Assembly: GCA_965178125.1 (NCBI GenBank) | Contig: OZ237748.1 | Span: forward strand, 248,001 to 312,000 | DNA from: Bilabrum cf. latius | Lineage: Eukaryota | DNA: 64,000 nt | Direction: 5' to 3' | Part shown: positions 26,310 to 38,280 of the stretch, piece by piece | How the letters are laid out: each line of letters begins with the position of its first letter | Position numbering within the stretch: the first letter of the stretch is position 1 | The notes under the pieces: model-generated | Databases searched by the model: none | The model's input: only the letters and a program-made list of their open reading frames with translations | Told to the model about the DNA's origin: nothing | Made by a program: the position numbers and the translations under genes

Positions 26310-26312
26310 TCA
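26267..26312 (-). promoter_or_regulatory. Putative stop-codon readthrough signal: UGA-CUAG plus stem-loop
   Basis: TGA CTAGCCAAGGG GGCCGCGCTGGGCA CTCA TGCTCGGCGTGGCC: 14-bp stem including G-U pairs; conserved in Ngaro-B. Confidence 0.75.
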
Positions 26313-28289
26313 GTCGCCAAAGATGGACCGCCAGTCGCGGTCGAGGTTGGGGGTGCCGTCTGCCCGGCGCCGCGACGTGCCGGGTTCGGCATCGATGTCG
26401 GCCACGCGCCGCATGCACTCGACCAGCAGACCGGGAGTCCCGTGCACCGTGGAGAAGGGGGCCAGGAGGCGCGTGAGGTCCGTGGACGGCAACGCCGCGG
26501 AGGCAGGATCGCGCCACCAGCGACTGCCCGCCGCCCACTCCGCACAGCTTCGGAGCCGATCTCCCGCCCGCAGCACATTTTGGCCGGGGGTGAGCTCCGT
26601 GCTCGCCGCGGTGTCGAACACCCAGCACATCACCTGCTCTGGCACCGAGGCCGCCTGCCCCGTGGGAGTGGTGGTCCCGATGGTTGCAACCATCCTGGCC
26701 AGGGCGCGTGATCGTGTCCACAGCTCTGCCACCGTGCCAAGGTCCGGCATGACCAGGTCTCGGGTAGGGCCGGCGCCCGGCTGGGAGGCGTGGCCGATGA
26801 GGGTGCGCCGCATCGCCAGGGCTTGACAGGACCGGTGCAGCCAGATGGACTGCACCACCGCCGCGAGCCGGCTCGCGCCCCTGCCCGGCCCGGTCCGCAG
26901 CAACCCAATGGTTGCGAATGGCTCTCTGCGCTGCAGCGAGGCCTGCAGGGCGGTCACCGCGGTGACAAAGGAAGCCAGGGCGGCCTTGCCCGCTGCCGGG
27001 GCCTTCAGTGCCCGCACAGCCGCCTTACCACCGCAGATCGCGTCCACCATGGTAGCCAGCACGTCGGAGAAGGTGGCGGGGCATCGCAGAGGCTCCAGGG
27101 TGAGCAGCTTCAGGTCATGTTCCAAGGCCATTCGGAGGAAGGCGCGAACCCCCTCCCGCACGAGGAGGCTGTCCGGGGCAGGGGCCGAGCCTGTCGCGTC
27201 AATCATAGCCGCAGTCGCGTGGGCGAAGGAGGTGCCTGGGGTGGAGCTCGAGGAGGCAGGGGGCAGACCAGCCGTGACCGAGTACAGGGGGGGGGCAGCG
27301 TCGGTTGCAACCGTCTCACCGGGGGGAGCGGCCGCCGTGGGCCGGGGGAATGCGGTGGATTCTCCCATGGCCACGAGAAGCGGCAGGACTGCGCCGCCCT
27401 CCAGTGGGCGTGTGCGGTACAGGTCCACGCTCTTCCTAGCCAGCTCCTTGACTGCGTCCTGCGGGGCCAGTGCCGCGAGCATGTGGAGTAGACCGAGCGG
27501 GGAGGATGCGCTGGCCGCGTACTTGAGCCCGCGAAGGATGACCTCAGCCCAGAGCGCCGGAGCTGCCACCTGCAGCCTGGCCTAGATACGGCTGGCTGCC
27601 TCTGCGAAGGTGGCACGATGAACGTCGGGAATTGCCGGCAAAGGTCCGCACAGCTCGGGCAGCGCGCTCACATGGATGGACTGCAAGAAGTCCACCAGGA
27701 GGGCGCACGCGTTGGCCAGCACGGAGCGAAGTGGGCCGCGCCCAATCGCAGAACCCCCAGAATGGCCCAGAGCTGCAGCCTCGTCGTCGTCGGCTTGTCC
27801 CAGAGGGATCCCGGCCAGTGATGCGGCATCAGCACCCGTGGCGGCCTCCTCGGCCAGCTGCATGTCCTTGCAGGCGGAATCGAGCTTCGTGGACAGCTTG
27901 GGGAAGTTCGTGTTAGTCACAATCAAAAATGCTGTGATGTAATCACGAATCACTTGCTGTAAGCGTTCGAATTCGGCAGGTCCTAGGCGATCGGGATTGA
28001 TAGGTGCGAGCGCCACGGTGAGGTCCTCCAGTCGGCGCTGAGTCCATTCCGGCGCGCGAAGGCATCGAGGCGTGGCGTCCCCAGAAGACGTATTTGGTCG
28101 ACCAGCAGGTGATGCAGCCGCACCAGATGCGTCGTCCATCGCCTCTTGCAGCCAGGCCACCGTGAATGGTCCCTCTAAGGATTTCGTCGGCGCCAAGATT
28201 AGACGTAAGGCCTCACCAGCGCGTCCGCGGCGCAGCGCAACTTTGACCGGAACGATATACTCAGAGAATCCTGTGGCTGCAGAGGCCAT
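26310..28289 (-). CDS. Ngaro-A ORF1 (gag-like by position)
   Basis: ATG just inside A1; one internal TAG; ends SIFGD-TGA; homologous to 45650-47632. Confidence 0.8.
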
Positions 28290-28968
28290 AGCTGCGGGAC
28301 AGTCCGCCCCGAATCGACTGAGCCGCTCAGTCTCGTCTCGCGCATGCTAAACCACACTCGTCACTAATGTACACGTTACCTCTGTTCTTGCACCGTCCGC
28401 GCCTCCAGGCTCGCCCCGGTGCCTCCCTGTCTATTCCAACCCCATTCTGATCTGCTGTCACCCCCGCGCCCTTGCGTGTCAGCCCTCGTCAGAAATCCTG
28501 CTGCCTCGTGGTCTGGATCCACTTGGCTGCGCCCGCTTCCCCTCCCTACCCGATGGGCCTCCACGCTCCCGAGCCCGCTGGCTTGCTCGGGCCTGTCAGT
28601 GCCCCTTCGTCGTCCCCGCCACGCGCCTGGTACCGCGCTCAGGGCCTCCCTTCCTCCCTATCCTCCGTTCATCTTGGAATCCTTCTCCTCTCCTCGGCCT
28701 TGCCCTCCTCGGCCGACCTCGCCCCTGTTGCCCGTCGCCTCCTCCACCCCCCACCCCCACCCCACCCGCCCTGTCCTGGCCCGTTTCCCTCCTCCTTCCG
28801 TCGCTGCTGTCCTCCCCCTGCCTGCACCCTACCGCTTTATCCCTCCCCAGCGGAGCCCTCACTGCCGTCTCACAGACCTCAATCCCAATGTCTTGACGAC
28901 ACAGATAATAATGTAGATAACAATTATGTAGTTAGCACAAAAAAAATATTTCTCTATTGAATATATAA

Positions 28969-29544
28969 ATGAACATTAACGACTTAAACCAAATTGTTAA
29001 AACCCCTTTATCTCCTTTAGAAATACAAAAATTAGGATTACATAATTTAAAGTATAAACCCCGAATTGTTATTTATGACGACATAATTAAAAATACAGCC
29101 TCTATAAATGATATCTTTTTAGGCTATGACGGCGTAATTATTTATTATCCAAATAAAAAAACAGGCATTCATTCAACATATGGTCATTATACAGCCCTTA
29201 CTAAAGACCAGAAGAGAAAAACAATCTATTTTTTTGATAGCTACGGCGAAAAACCCGACCAATAGAAACCATTAATGAATAGAGACGAATTATATGAAGG
29301 CGAAGGAGAAGAAAATACTTTAGTTAAATATTTATTGAATCAAAAATTAGACGGCTGGACAATAGATTATAATAATAAACCTATTTAGAGTTATGCGAAT
29401 GAAAGCGCTACTTGTGGAAGATGGGCATTATTAAGAACCGCTTTCTCTACATTAACAAATGATCAGTTCGTGGATGATATGTTTAAAATATCGTAGCAAA
29501 TGTCCCTTAGTCCCGATCAACTAGTAGCCCTAATTTTACATTGA
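28969..29544 (+). CDS. Adenain/Ulp1-like virion maturation cysteine protease
   Basis: GHYTAL (H), FFDSYG (D), I*SYANESATCGRW (Q, C); the oxyanion Gln is TAG at 29386. Confidence 0.92.
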
Positions 29545-29882
29545 TTACTACGACCATTTAATTTAGACCCTAGAAATTTATTAAATAGTTTCAATATAAC
29601 CGCTATATTAAATCTATACGATGACAATATCCACAAATTGCGAATAATTATATAGTATTTCTAGCAAAACGTGGATGTAGGGGGTCAAGTGAAGGTGAAA
29701 TGAAGATATGAACCCTTTTAATAAAAATAGTTCCATCGTTTTAGAAGGGCGATTTTTCATCCTTCTAAATTCAATCTAAAAAATTCAATAAAATATAAAA
29801 GTGAAGGATAAAATTTAAAGAACACAATCTAACAAGGTTTATTATAAAAAAATTATTTGTATAGCATTAATATATAAATAAA

Positions 29883-30833
29883 ATGAGTTTTAGCGATGAA
29901 TACGTGAGATTGAATATAGTTAGTTCAACCGTCCCCCACAATTAGATGAGATAGGCGGTTGTAAATGAAACACGTGAAAATTTAATTTTAAGTCAGAGTG
30001 AGAATTATTTAACGGCAGTTGAAGAGATGGATTTAAATAAATTTTTGCTTCCATTATATAAGCCAGAATATCAAGATAGTAGCGGTAAAACCTACCTAAA
30101 ATTTACTTTAGAAAATAGAACATCAAGTGCTAAATTAGGAGATTATATAACTATTGCTAGCAAACCACAATTTTATTATTCTTATTAGGATATCGTAAAT
30201 GATTTTAATCAAGAATTAATAAGAATTTGTGGTCTTGTGTCCATACCTTCGTAGGATATACCAAAATTAAAATTTGAAAATAATAAATGGAGCCTAGCAA
30301 CAACTGCTAATTTTAGAGATAATTATTTTTTATATTTAAATTTTGAAGCTTTCGCTTTGTTTGATAAGTTTGAGTATGAAGGAATAAGCCCAACCCCTAA
30401 TGATTTATTCGCTAGACTTAGTTATAATAATGTAGATGTAGGAGATTATATTTTTATGGCTAGACAGACTAATTTAAATTCTTGGTGTCCTGTTAAATCT
30501 ATTATTGTAGAAAGTGATATCCCAGTTAATAAAGAACTCGTGACCACCAAATCATCAACCGGCGGGTCTATTGCGGTCAACAAATCACCAGTTTTAACCA
30601 GCTACCCATATAACCCGAATGATAGCTCCCCGTTAGAGAATATAATTTATGTATCAAATCCTTATCGTTGGTATTCAATGATGAAAGACAGAAGCTTTAA
30701 GAGTGTATCAATGTCATTTTATTGGGTGGATAAATAGAATGAGAAATACCCTATAATGAATTATAACGGGGGAGAGGCTCATATTAAATAGGTATTTAAG
30801 AAATAGACCGATAATCTGAGTTCAGATTTATAA
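29883..30833 (+). CDS. Minor capsid protein (penton)
   Basis: 316 aa between protease and MCP; VKSIIVESDIPV..E and LTSY..YRW motifs; homolog at 62199. Confidence 0.75.
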
Positions 30834-30906
30834 ATTAATTATAGAAGTAGATAAAATAAGTTTAGATATAAAATTTTTTATATCTATAGTGTATATATAA
30901 AAAAAA

Positions 30907-32778
30907 ATGGCTCAACAAATGGTTTAGAATTTACCAGTAAGCGTTAAGGCTCCTAAAAGCCTTCAAATGATAACCCCCGAAGATGCTAGTTTAGGGACAG
31001 AACTAGGCGTTCAAAAATACACCCGCCGAGAAATTAGGCCATCATCTAATCAGTCTAACTCTCTTCTTCCCCTTTCGTTCCCCGTTAATCCTACTAGTAA
31101 AACCGTATCTAGATTTATTCGTCTTCGTCATCGTATGACAGTTAGGCTTCAACTTGAAGAAGCAGTCGCGGATGGTAATGATGCTTGGGCGTATCTTCAA
31201 TCTAGATTCGGAACGAATTCATTACCTACTTTTAAGATGATTCAAAATGGTGTTTTAACAATTAATGGATAGCCTTTTACAGTAAAAGTTTATGAATGGG
31301 CGGAACCTACGGAAGTTATGAACAGTGAAGAAACCTTATCCACAATCTCACCTGTTGGACGACCGGATACTGTAGCAGATTATCTTGAAGTAAGTGATTC
31401 ACTCAAGAATCCTTTAGCTTGGGGTTAGGATGTTGGATATAGTGCCGGTGATAGCTTTAGTTATCGTGGAGCATATGGAAATGCTTTTAAGACTGTAAGT
31501 GCTGATTTTGTCGCGGATAATAGAAATCAAATTGATTGGACTATTGATTTTCAAGAAGCTATACCACTTAAAGGGGCTGATGTTGACGTGAATGCTAAAT
31601 ATTTCACCGGTGTAAGAAGCCTTCAAGTTGATTTAGATTATCACGTAAACGCCATTCAAAGACTGTGTAAGGCTAGTTTTACCAAAGATAACGGTTCTAT
31701 TAATAAAATAACGGCTTAGTCAATTGTAGGAGAAACAAACACGACCCTTTTAGTTGATGAGGTTGAATTTTAGAGTGGATACGCCCCCCCTACTCGTTGT
31801 TTGTATAATATGCCTACAATTAAATTTTAGTCTTAGGCGCCTGTCCCTGTAGCTAAATCTACCAGTGAAAAAGACTTAACTTCTTTTGATTATCAATTAT
31901 CCCGTGAAAATGGTATTCCTAGTGCTGTTATGGTATGTGCCCGCCTTGTTGGTTGTGATGATAACCCTAACTGGGCTAATAGAACTTTACCTATTAGAAG
32001 AATAGGTTTCTCACTAAATGGAAGTGCTGAGGAATTAGGAGCCGTAGATAATCCACACGAATTATATAGAATTAGTAGGAAAAACGGATATGCTCTCCCT
32101 CCTTCATCCTTTTATGGTTCATCAATTGATGGAAGTGATGGAAACCGCGGAACTGGTTGCTATATGATTTTAAAACCTTCAGATGTTGCTACTCTTGCCG
32201 GTGTTCAATCCAATGTAAATACTGGATTTAATCTTAAAGTTAATCTTCAATGCTTTAACCCTTACAACAAGTATTCAACAACTGCTGATGAGGATAAATA
32301 CGAGATAAAAGTATGGATGTTTTATGATAATGTTCTTGTGAATGATAACGGCGTCTATACTGAAGCTGGCGCCCTTATTGAGCCTTCTAAAGTGCTATCT
32401 GAACTTTCTAAACGTGGTGATGCTGAAAGTGGTTCTAAAGGTTTCAAACCTGTATTTGAGGATTTAGATAATTACGCTAATGTGATGGGTGGTAAAGGTC
32501 GTTTCTGGTCTAAGATTGGACGGGCTTTTTCAAATGGATGGGATAAGGCTAAAGATTGGGTAAAAAGTGCGTAGGCTAAGAATCTAGCTAAACAAATAAG
32601 AAATAGTGAATTACTTAGTGGAGTTGCTGGAGATAGTAGCCTTGTCGGTAAAGCGGCTTCACACTTTGGGTATGGAAAGAGCGGTGGAGAATTAAACAGA
32701 ATCGGGGGTAAATTGTAGGCTCGTGGAGGTGCCGCGATGAAGAGCTCAGATTTAGAAGCTTTACTGTCAACGTCTTAA
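30907..32778 (+). CDS. Virophage-type major capsid protein
   Basis: 623 aa with TAG=Gln; ELYRISRKNG motif, beta-rich; C-terminal MGG site followed by an amphipathic helix; position after penton. Confidence 0.82.
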
Positions 32779-32876
32779 ATTCTAAATCATACACCACTAA
32801 TCTATAGCCGCCTTTAAGTGTTAAACCGCTAAAAATGAGGGCTTAAATATATATTAATATACTAATATATACAAAA

Positions 32877-33674
32877 ATGGCGGACTACTCTAAAGGATAT
32901 ATTTATCGTATTGATTCAGAGCACTGCGAACATCCATATATTGGATCATCAACGGACACAAAAGAACGAAGGCACTATGGACACAAGCTTGATTATAGGT
33001 TATATAGTGAGAATAAAGCATCTAAGTATGTTTCAAGTTTTGAAGTTATGAAATATGGAGATACTAAGATATCTATCATTGAAAACTTCCCCTGTGAAAA
33101 TAAGAAACAATTAGAAGAGCGAGAGGGGTATTGGTAGCGAAAAATAAAATGTGTAAATAAATATGTAGCAGGTAGAAGTAAGAAGCAATATAGACAGGAA
33201 GAAAAACAGAAGATTAAGGAGGCAAAAAGAAAGCACTATGTAGAGAATAAGGAGAAAATAATTCAAAAGTGTAAAGAGTATGTAGCGAATCATAAAGAGG
33301 AGACAGCAGAAAGAAAAAGGAAATGGGCTGAAGATAATAAAGAACGACTACGAGAAAAGCGGAAACAATACGCGAAGGAGAACGCAGATAAGATTAAAGC
33401 ATATAAGATAAAATATAGAGAAAGATATAATGAACTACAAAGAGAAAAGCGAAGATAGAAGAGAGAAGCTGAAGGAAAAGAACCGATAAAGAAATTAACA
33501 CCTGAGGAAAAGAAAGCTAGAAAAAAAGCTTAGAATAATAAAGAGGTAATCTGTGAGTTTTGTGGTGCTAAGTCTAACGTAGGACATATAAGAAGACACC
33601 AAAGAGCGAAAAATTGTCAAGCGATACAAAAGAAATTAAAAGAGCACAAGCTAAGCAATTCATTAATCCTTTAA
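32877..33674 (+). CDS. GIY-YIG endonuclease with C-terminal zinc finger
   Basis: GYIYRI..PYIGSS, LEEREGYW, CEFCG...HIRRH. Confidence 0.88.
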
Positions 33675-33732
33675 GCTATATAATGACGTTTAAAAATACT
33701 TAAATATATATTAACTAACTAATATATACCAA

Positions 33733-34710
33733 ATGAACGGAGTAAAAAATCCTAAATAGTTAAAATTATTAGAAAAACACGATTCTAATATTATTACTAA
33801 AATTGACGGTGTGGATGTTATAATCATTACAAATGAAGAAGAAGTTAGAGATATAACTAAGGAATTAAAAACACGAAATAAAATGTAGCTGCTGTCGTTA
33901 ATCTTTTCAACTTATAACTGTATCATCTAGAAGGTAAATAAATTCAGAGATGAAGATAAAACTAAACAAACAGGACGTCCCTGCGCCCGTCCCGCGCCCT
34001 CTCCCCCCCACGAGGGACAGTCCGCCCCGAATCGACTGGTTCTCCTCAGTCGCGTCTCGCGCATGCTATACCACACTCGCCACAAATGTACACGCTACCC
34101 CAATCCTTGCATCGTCTGCGCCTCCAGGCTCGCTCCGATGCCTCCCCTTCTAGTCCTGCCCCATTCTGATCTGCTGTCTCCCTACGCACCCGTACGTCTC
34201 AGCCTTCGCCAGAAATCCTACTGCCTTGTGGTCTGGCCCCACCCGGCTGCCTCCGCTGCCCCTCCCTCCCCATGGGCCTCCACGCTCCCGAGCCCTACTG
34301 GCTTGCTCGGGCCTGTCCGTGCCCCTTCGTCGTCCCCGCCACGCGTCTGGTTAACCGCGCTCGGGGCATCCCGATCCTCCCCTTTCCTCCGTTCATCTTG
34401 GAATCCCCCTCTCCGTCGCCTCCCCCGGTGCCACCCGACCCCTTGGTGGGCCGCCGCCCGTCCACCCTGTCACCTCCGCCAAGCTCCCCCGTCTGCTCCT
34501 GTCCCCCTCTCACCTGGCCCCCTCGCTGTCATCTCCCGCCGTTGTTGTCCTCCACCTGCACGTGCGCTGCTGCTGTACCCTCCCCGTCGGAGCCCCCATC
34601 GCTGTCTCACAGCCCTCAATCCCAATGTCTGATGACACAGATAAGTAATATATTATGTGGCTAAATGTTTATTAGAAGGAGAACCCATAAAGATACATAG
34701 ATTAAAATAA
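33733..34710 (+). pseudogene. Hypothetical protein interrupted by a truncated solo Ngaro-B repeat
   Basis: Rejoins as DKTK|VIYYVAK; paralog of 34761-35021. Confidence 0.65.
33964..34644 (-). mobile_element. Solo Ngaro-B A repeat plus spacer (B repeat lost)
   Basis: Near-identical to ~39900-40580. Confidence 0.9.
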
Positions 34711-34760
34711 TTATTATTTTAAGTTTAACATTTATTATATATTAATTAACTAATATATAT

Positions 34761-35021
34761 ATGGATAAACCAAGCAAAGAAGACGTGTTGATAAAAACAA
34801 AAATTGATAATGTTGAAATAAATACTTTTGTGAATAAGAAAGAGGTAAACAATATAATAAAAGAGATGGAAAAAATGGATAAAGAAGAATTATACTATAT
34901 GAAATTATCCACATACAGATGTATAATCTAGTATGATAAAAAAAGTTGTGATGATGTAATTATATTACATTCTATAGCTAAATCATTATTAAAAAATGAA
35001 CCTATTGAAATGATACAGTAA
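34761..35021 (+). CDS. Hypothetical protein, tandem paralog of the preceding gene
   Basis: STYRCIIQ...AKSLLKNEPI versus STYNCIIQ...AKCLLEGEPI. Confidence 0.65.
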
Positions 35022-35087
35022 ATAAAATTTTCATAAATTTATTTATTTAACTTAATTAAATAAGTATTTGGTGTGGTTTTATGGTCT

Positions 35088-35175
35088 GGTTCATACTTTT
35101 GAAAGTAGGTTCACACTTTTGAAAGTAGGTTCACACTTTTGAAAGTAGGTTCATACTTTTTGAAGTAGGTTCATA
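35088..35175. repeat. 20-bp tandem repeat GGTTCAYACTTTTGAAAGTA (~4.5 copies)
   Basis: Seen directly, between convergent genes. Confidence 0.9.
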
Positions 35176-35238
35176 TTTTATAAATTATTGTCTAACTAGT
35201 CTAATAAATTAATATTTTAATAATATTAATTATTATAA

Positions 35239-36045
35239 TCACTTATATTTTTTTAATCCCGCCTATATGCCTTTTTCACCAAAACTATGTCTTAATGTGG
35301 GCTCCTTTCTCGTCTTCCAATCACTCCCTACTGCCTTTTCACTCATCATATATAAATCCCCACTATTTAATCTTATTATTCTTGGTTCACTAATTGCCTT
35401 ACTATTCTTAAACCACCACCAAGCCATCGGCTCATCCACACCACCAACTGGCACACATACAACACGTCGCCTTTCACTATCTCCGTGAAATCCTATCATC
35501 GTGCGGGTCAAATCATAATAATTATTACCTTCAATTATATAATTAACTCTTTTGGAATTACTTTTAACCCTATCCATTCCCATTTTTATATATTTCTCTA
35601 CTCTCTTCTTTACTCCCTTCATCATTTTCAATTTATTCACATTATAAACTCGTCCTTGTCCCTTTTCATAATCTTCTTTCTATTCATAATCATTCATAAA
35701 TACTAAATTATGACGGGCATTTTTATTTAACACCCTTCCCCTCCTTCTATCAAAATATTTTTTGTCCCACTCTAACCCCTTCAACTCGTCAAAGACTTTT
35801 TTAATTTTCTTTTTCCCATAAAATCCCCTTACTATTAATACTCTAGCCCCTAATTCTTCATCAATATCTTCATCTAAATTCATCATTTTACATTTATAAC
35901 CTTTTTCTTCGCATACTTCCATCATTCCATTTAAATCTTCATTTTTGAACCCTTCCCCCTTCATCAACCTTTTCCCCAACATTTCCATACCTATATGATT
36001 CTCTCCAGCGTCTCCAAATGTTAATGAAAACCTCTATTTGTCCAT
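35239..36045 (-). CDS. 2OG-Fe(II) oxygenase (AlkB-like)
   Basis: TFGDAGENH.GM, EGNNYY, IGFHGD (HxD), GDLYMMSEKAVG, LRH; fragments joined by TAG. Confidence 0.78.
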
Positions 36046-36150
36046 ATTTATATATAATATGTATAGTAATTAATTTTTAAGCTCGTTTTTTAAGAAATAT
36101 CGCGGTTAAAATGACTTAAAGATAATTTTATATACTAATTATATAATAGA

Positions 36151-36702
36151 ATGTGTAAAAAGTGTATTGAACGAATAAAGGAACATACCGGTGATATAAA
36201 ATGGATGGACATTTAGAAGAAATTAATTTATATTGGTTCAACCGTGATTCAAGGTGATAAATTGGGTAATTGTATTTGTGGGCACGAGATACGAACCGAG
36301 CACAAAATAGAGCATCCACCAAGTGGATATGTATTTAATGTGGGTTCCAGCTGTATAAAGTAGATGATAAAGGATAAAGAAAATGAAATTCGTAAAAAAT
36401 GCTTATATTAGAGGTGTGGCATTTGTAAAAAAAATGTAGCTAGAGACCGATTTAAAAAGCATTGTGAAGGTATAAGGCATAATGAATTAGAAAAGAAATA
36501 GAAGGATTTAGAAGAGAAAAGGAAGAATGAAAAAAGATGTGAAGTGTGTTTTTGTAGAATGAATAAAGATGATTGGAGGACGACCTGCAAGTCTTGTTTT
36601 ACGATGGCAAAATATGGAAAAAAGGCGTGTAAAAAATGTAAAGTGTCTAGAATAAAAGATATGAGATATTCAATTTGTTATAAATGTTATATTGAAAAAT
36701 AA
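36151..36702 (+). CDS. Cys-rich zinc-finger protein
   Basis: CICGH..VGSSC and several CxxC; homolog at 50107-50637. Confidence 0.75.
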
Positions 36703-37000
36703 TAATTAGATATTAATGATAAAATTAATATTTAACATAATGATGATGGAAGTTAGAAGGGGCTATATTACAACCTTCTAAAGTGATTGAACTTTTGGGC
36801 TAGAAATACATGTATATTCTTATCACCATCATAAAATTACGATATCCACGTTTTGCTAGAAATACTATATAATTATTCGCAATTTGTGGATATTGTCATC
36901 GTATAGATTTAATATAGCGGTTATATGAAAAATATTTATTGTATTCTAGGGCCTTTATTTGATGGTATCATTATATATTAATAAGAAAATTAATATGTAA

Positions 37001-37765
37001 TTAAAAATCTCCTAGAGCATTATTTATCTATTCTCTAAAAGCTTCTTCATCATCGGGTTCATCTTCTGGCTTCTTGACATTACGTTTATTGTCCCTGTCT
37101 TTCTTCTTCTTATTCCTCTTTTTGGTTTTTTTGGCTCTCAATGGCTTTTCTTCTTCTGGTTCCTCTACTTCCTCGGGTATAAATTGACCGTATGACAAAT
37201 TTATATATTTGATGGCTTTGTCCTTCTTTTTAATTGTCATTATGGGGTCTTTACTCTCAAAATTTCCTGTATAATAAATCGGGGGCTCACTAGAAAACAT
37301 ATAAATGTATGGAACAAATGGATTTTTGGCGCTGTCGGTCTTCATATCAGGGGTTAGATACAAACCATTTAATTCGTCTTCATCCACTAGTTCAAATTTA
37401 TCTTCTACGGTATTATTAAAAAATATCCCTTTATGATCCTAACGCCGGATGGGGTTCGGTGTTGATGCCAGAGTGGGAGCGCGTGAACGTCTCGTTGGGT
37501 TCCGATGGCGGTTGCGACCGGGAAGGTGCGACCAAGCCAACGGATTGCTTGCGATGACGCGCATACCCTCTCTGTGTTCAGGAGAGGGGCGGAGATTGGG
37601 TAATTCTTGCCATGTCTGATTGTTAACGAGACTAGGTTGCGCGTACACTCTGGCATCAAAAGTTTTAAAGAAGAATTGATTAATATATTTCTTGGCTTTC
37701 TTTACGGCTCCTTCTTCTAAAAGTTCCATTAATTCACTAGGTTCATAACTTTGAAAATTTGACAT
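37001..37765 (-). CDS. Hypothetical protein carrying an in-frame 225-bp Ngaro-D remnant
   Basis: Frame stays open across the insert with TAG=Gln; ends at TAA. Confidence 0.65.
37434..37658 (+). mobile_element. Mini solo A-B remnant of family D
   Basis: Matches 19494-19665 fused to the end of B; starts TGATCCTAAC, ends CTGGCATCA. Confidence 0.9.
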
Positions 37766-37857
37766 CCTATATATATAATTAAATAATATAATCTTTAAGT
37801 CATTTTAAACGCGTTTAATTGGCTTAAAAATTAAATTTCTATAGTATATATAGGTAA

Positions 37858-38202
37858 ATGGTAAAATCAAGTGATGTTCGTATAGTGAAAACCCAGCTTA
37901 TTAAAAATAAAAAGCCCGTGTTCAGTTTTATATTTCCAAAAAGAGATACAGATGATGGATATAACGAGCTTGAAATGACAACCATATTAAAGGCATACAT
38001 TAAAAGGCTACTACAGCAAAAACCCCATCTAAAAAATTATGATGGATATATTAGTTCTCTTTATGCTGTTGGTTGGAGAACAGGGGCCCCGTTTAAATTA
38101 AGTAGTGATGTTAGTTTATTTAATCCATCCTCCCGCTATGTCTTCTTAAGTGATGAACCGGTTAAAAAGTTCGTATTATTTGTATCCGCTCCTAATCCAT
38201 AA
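37858..38202 (+). CDS. Hypothetical protein upstream of pPolB
   Basis: ATG..TAA 114 aa with the shared promoter motif. Confidence 0.6.
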   Translation: MVKSSDVRIVKTQLIKNKKPVFSFIFPKRDTDDGYNELEMTTILKAYIKRLLQQKPHLKNYDGYISSLYAVGWRTGAPFKLSSDVSLFNPSSRYVFLSDEPVKKFVLFVSAPNP

Positions 38203-38280
38203 TTACATTTTATAATTTAAACTTTATAAATTGTGTTTAAAATGGCTTAAAAAATATATAATACTATAGTATATAAGAAA

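Larger units (their letters stand above)
20335..28908 (-). mobile_element. Full-length Ngaro retrotransposon, family A
   Basis: A1 28296-28908, ORF1-ORF2-ORF3, B1 21065-21151, A2 20452-21064, B2 20335-20421; no TSD. Confidence 0.95.
17498..28960 (+). pseudogene. A32/FtsK-HerA packaging ATPase split by two retroelements (segments 17498-18007, 19826-20334, 28909-28960)
   Basis: Walker A GKSGSGKS, Walker B FIVDDYE, TGRH motif; segments rejoin in frame (SIY|KEKM, VAI|NVDNN); matches V2 59506-60573. Confidence 0.9.

Noticed and set aside
26310-26312. Selenocysteine or genome-wide UGA reassignment
   Set aside because: Many genes end at TGA; the context fits leaky readthrough; no selenoprotein motif.
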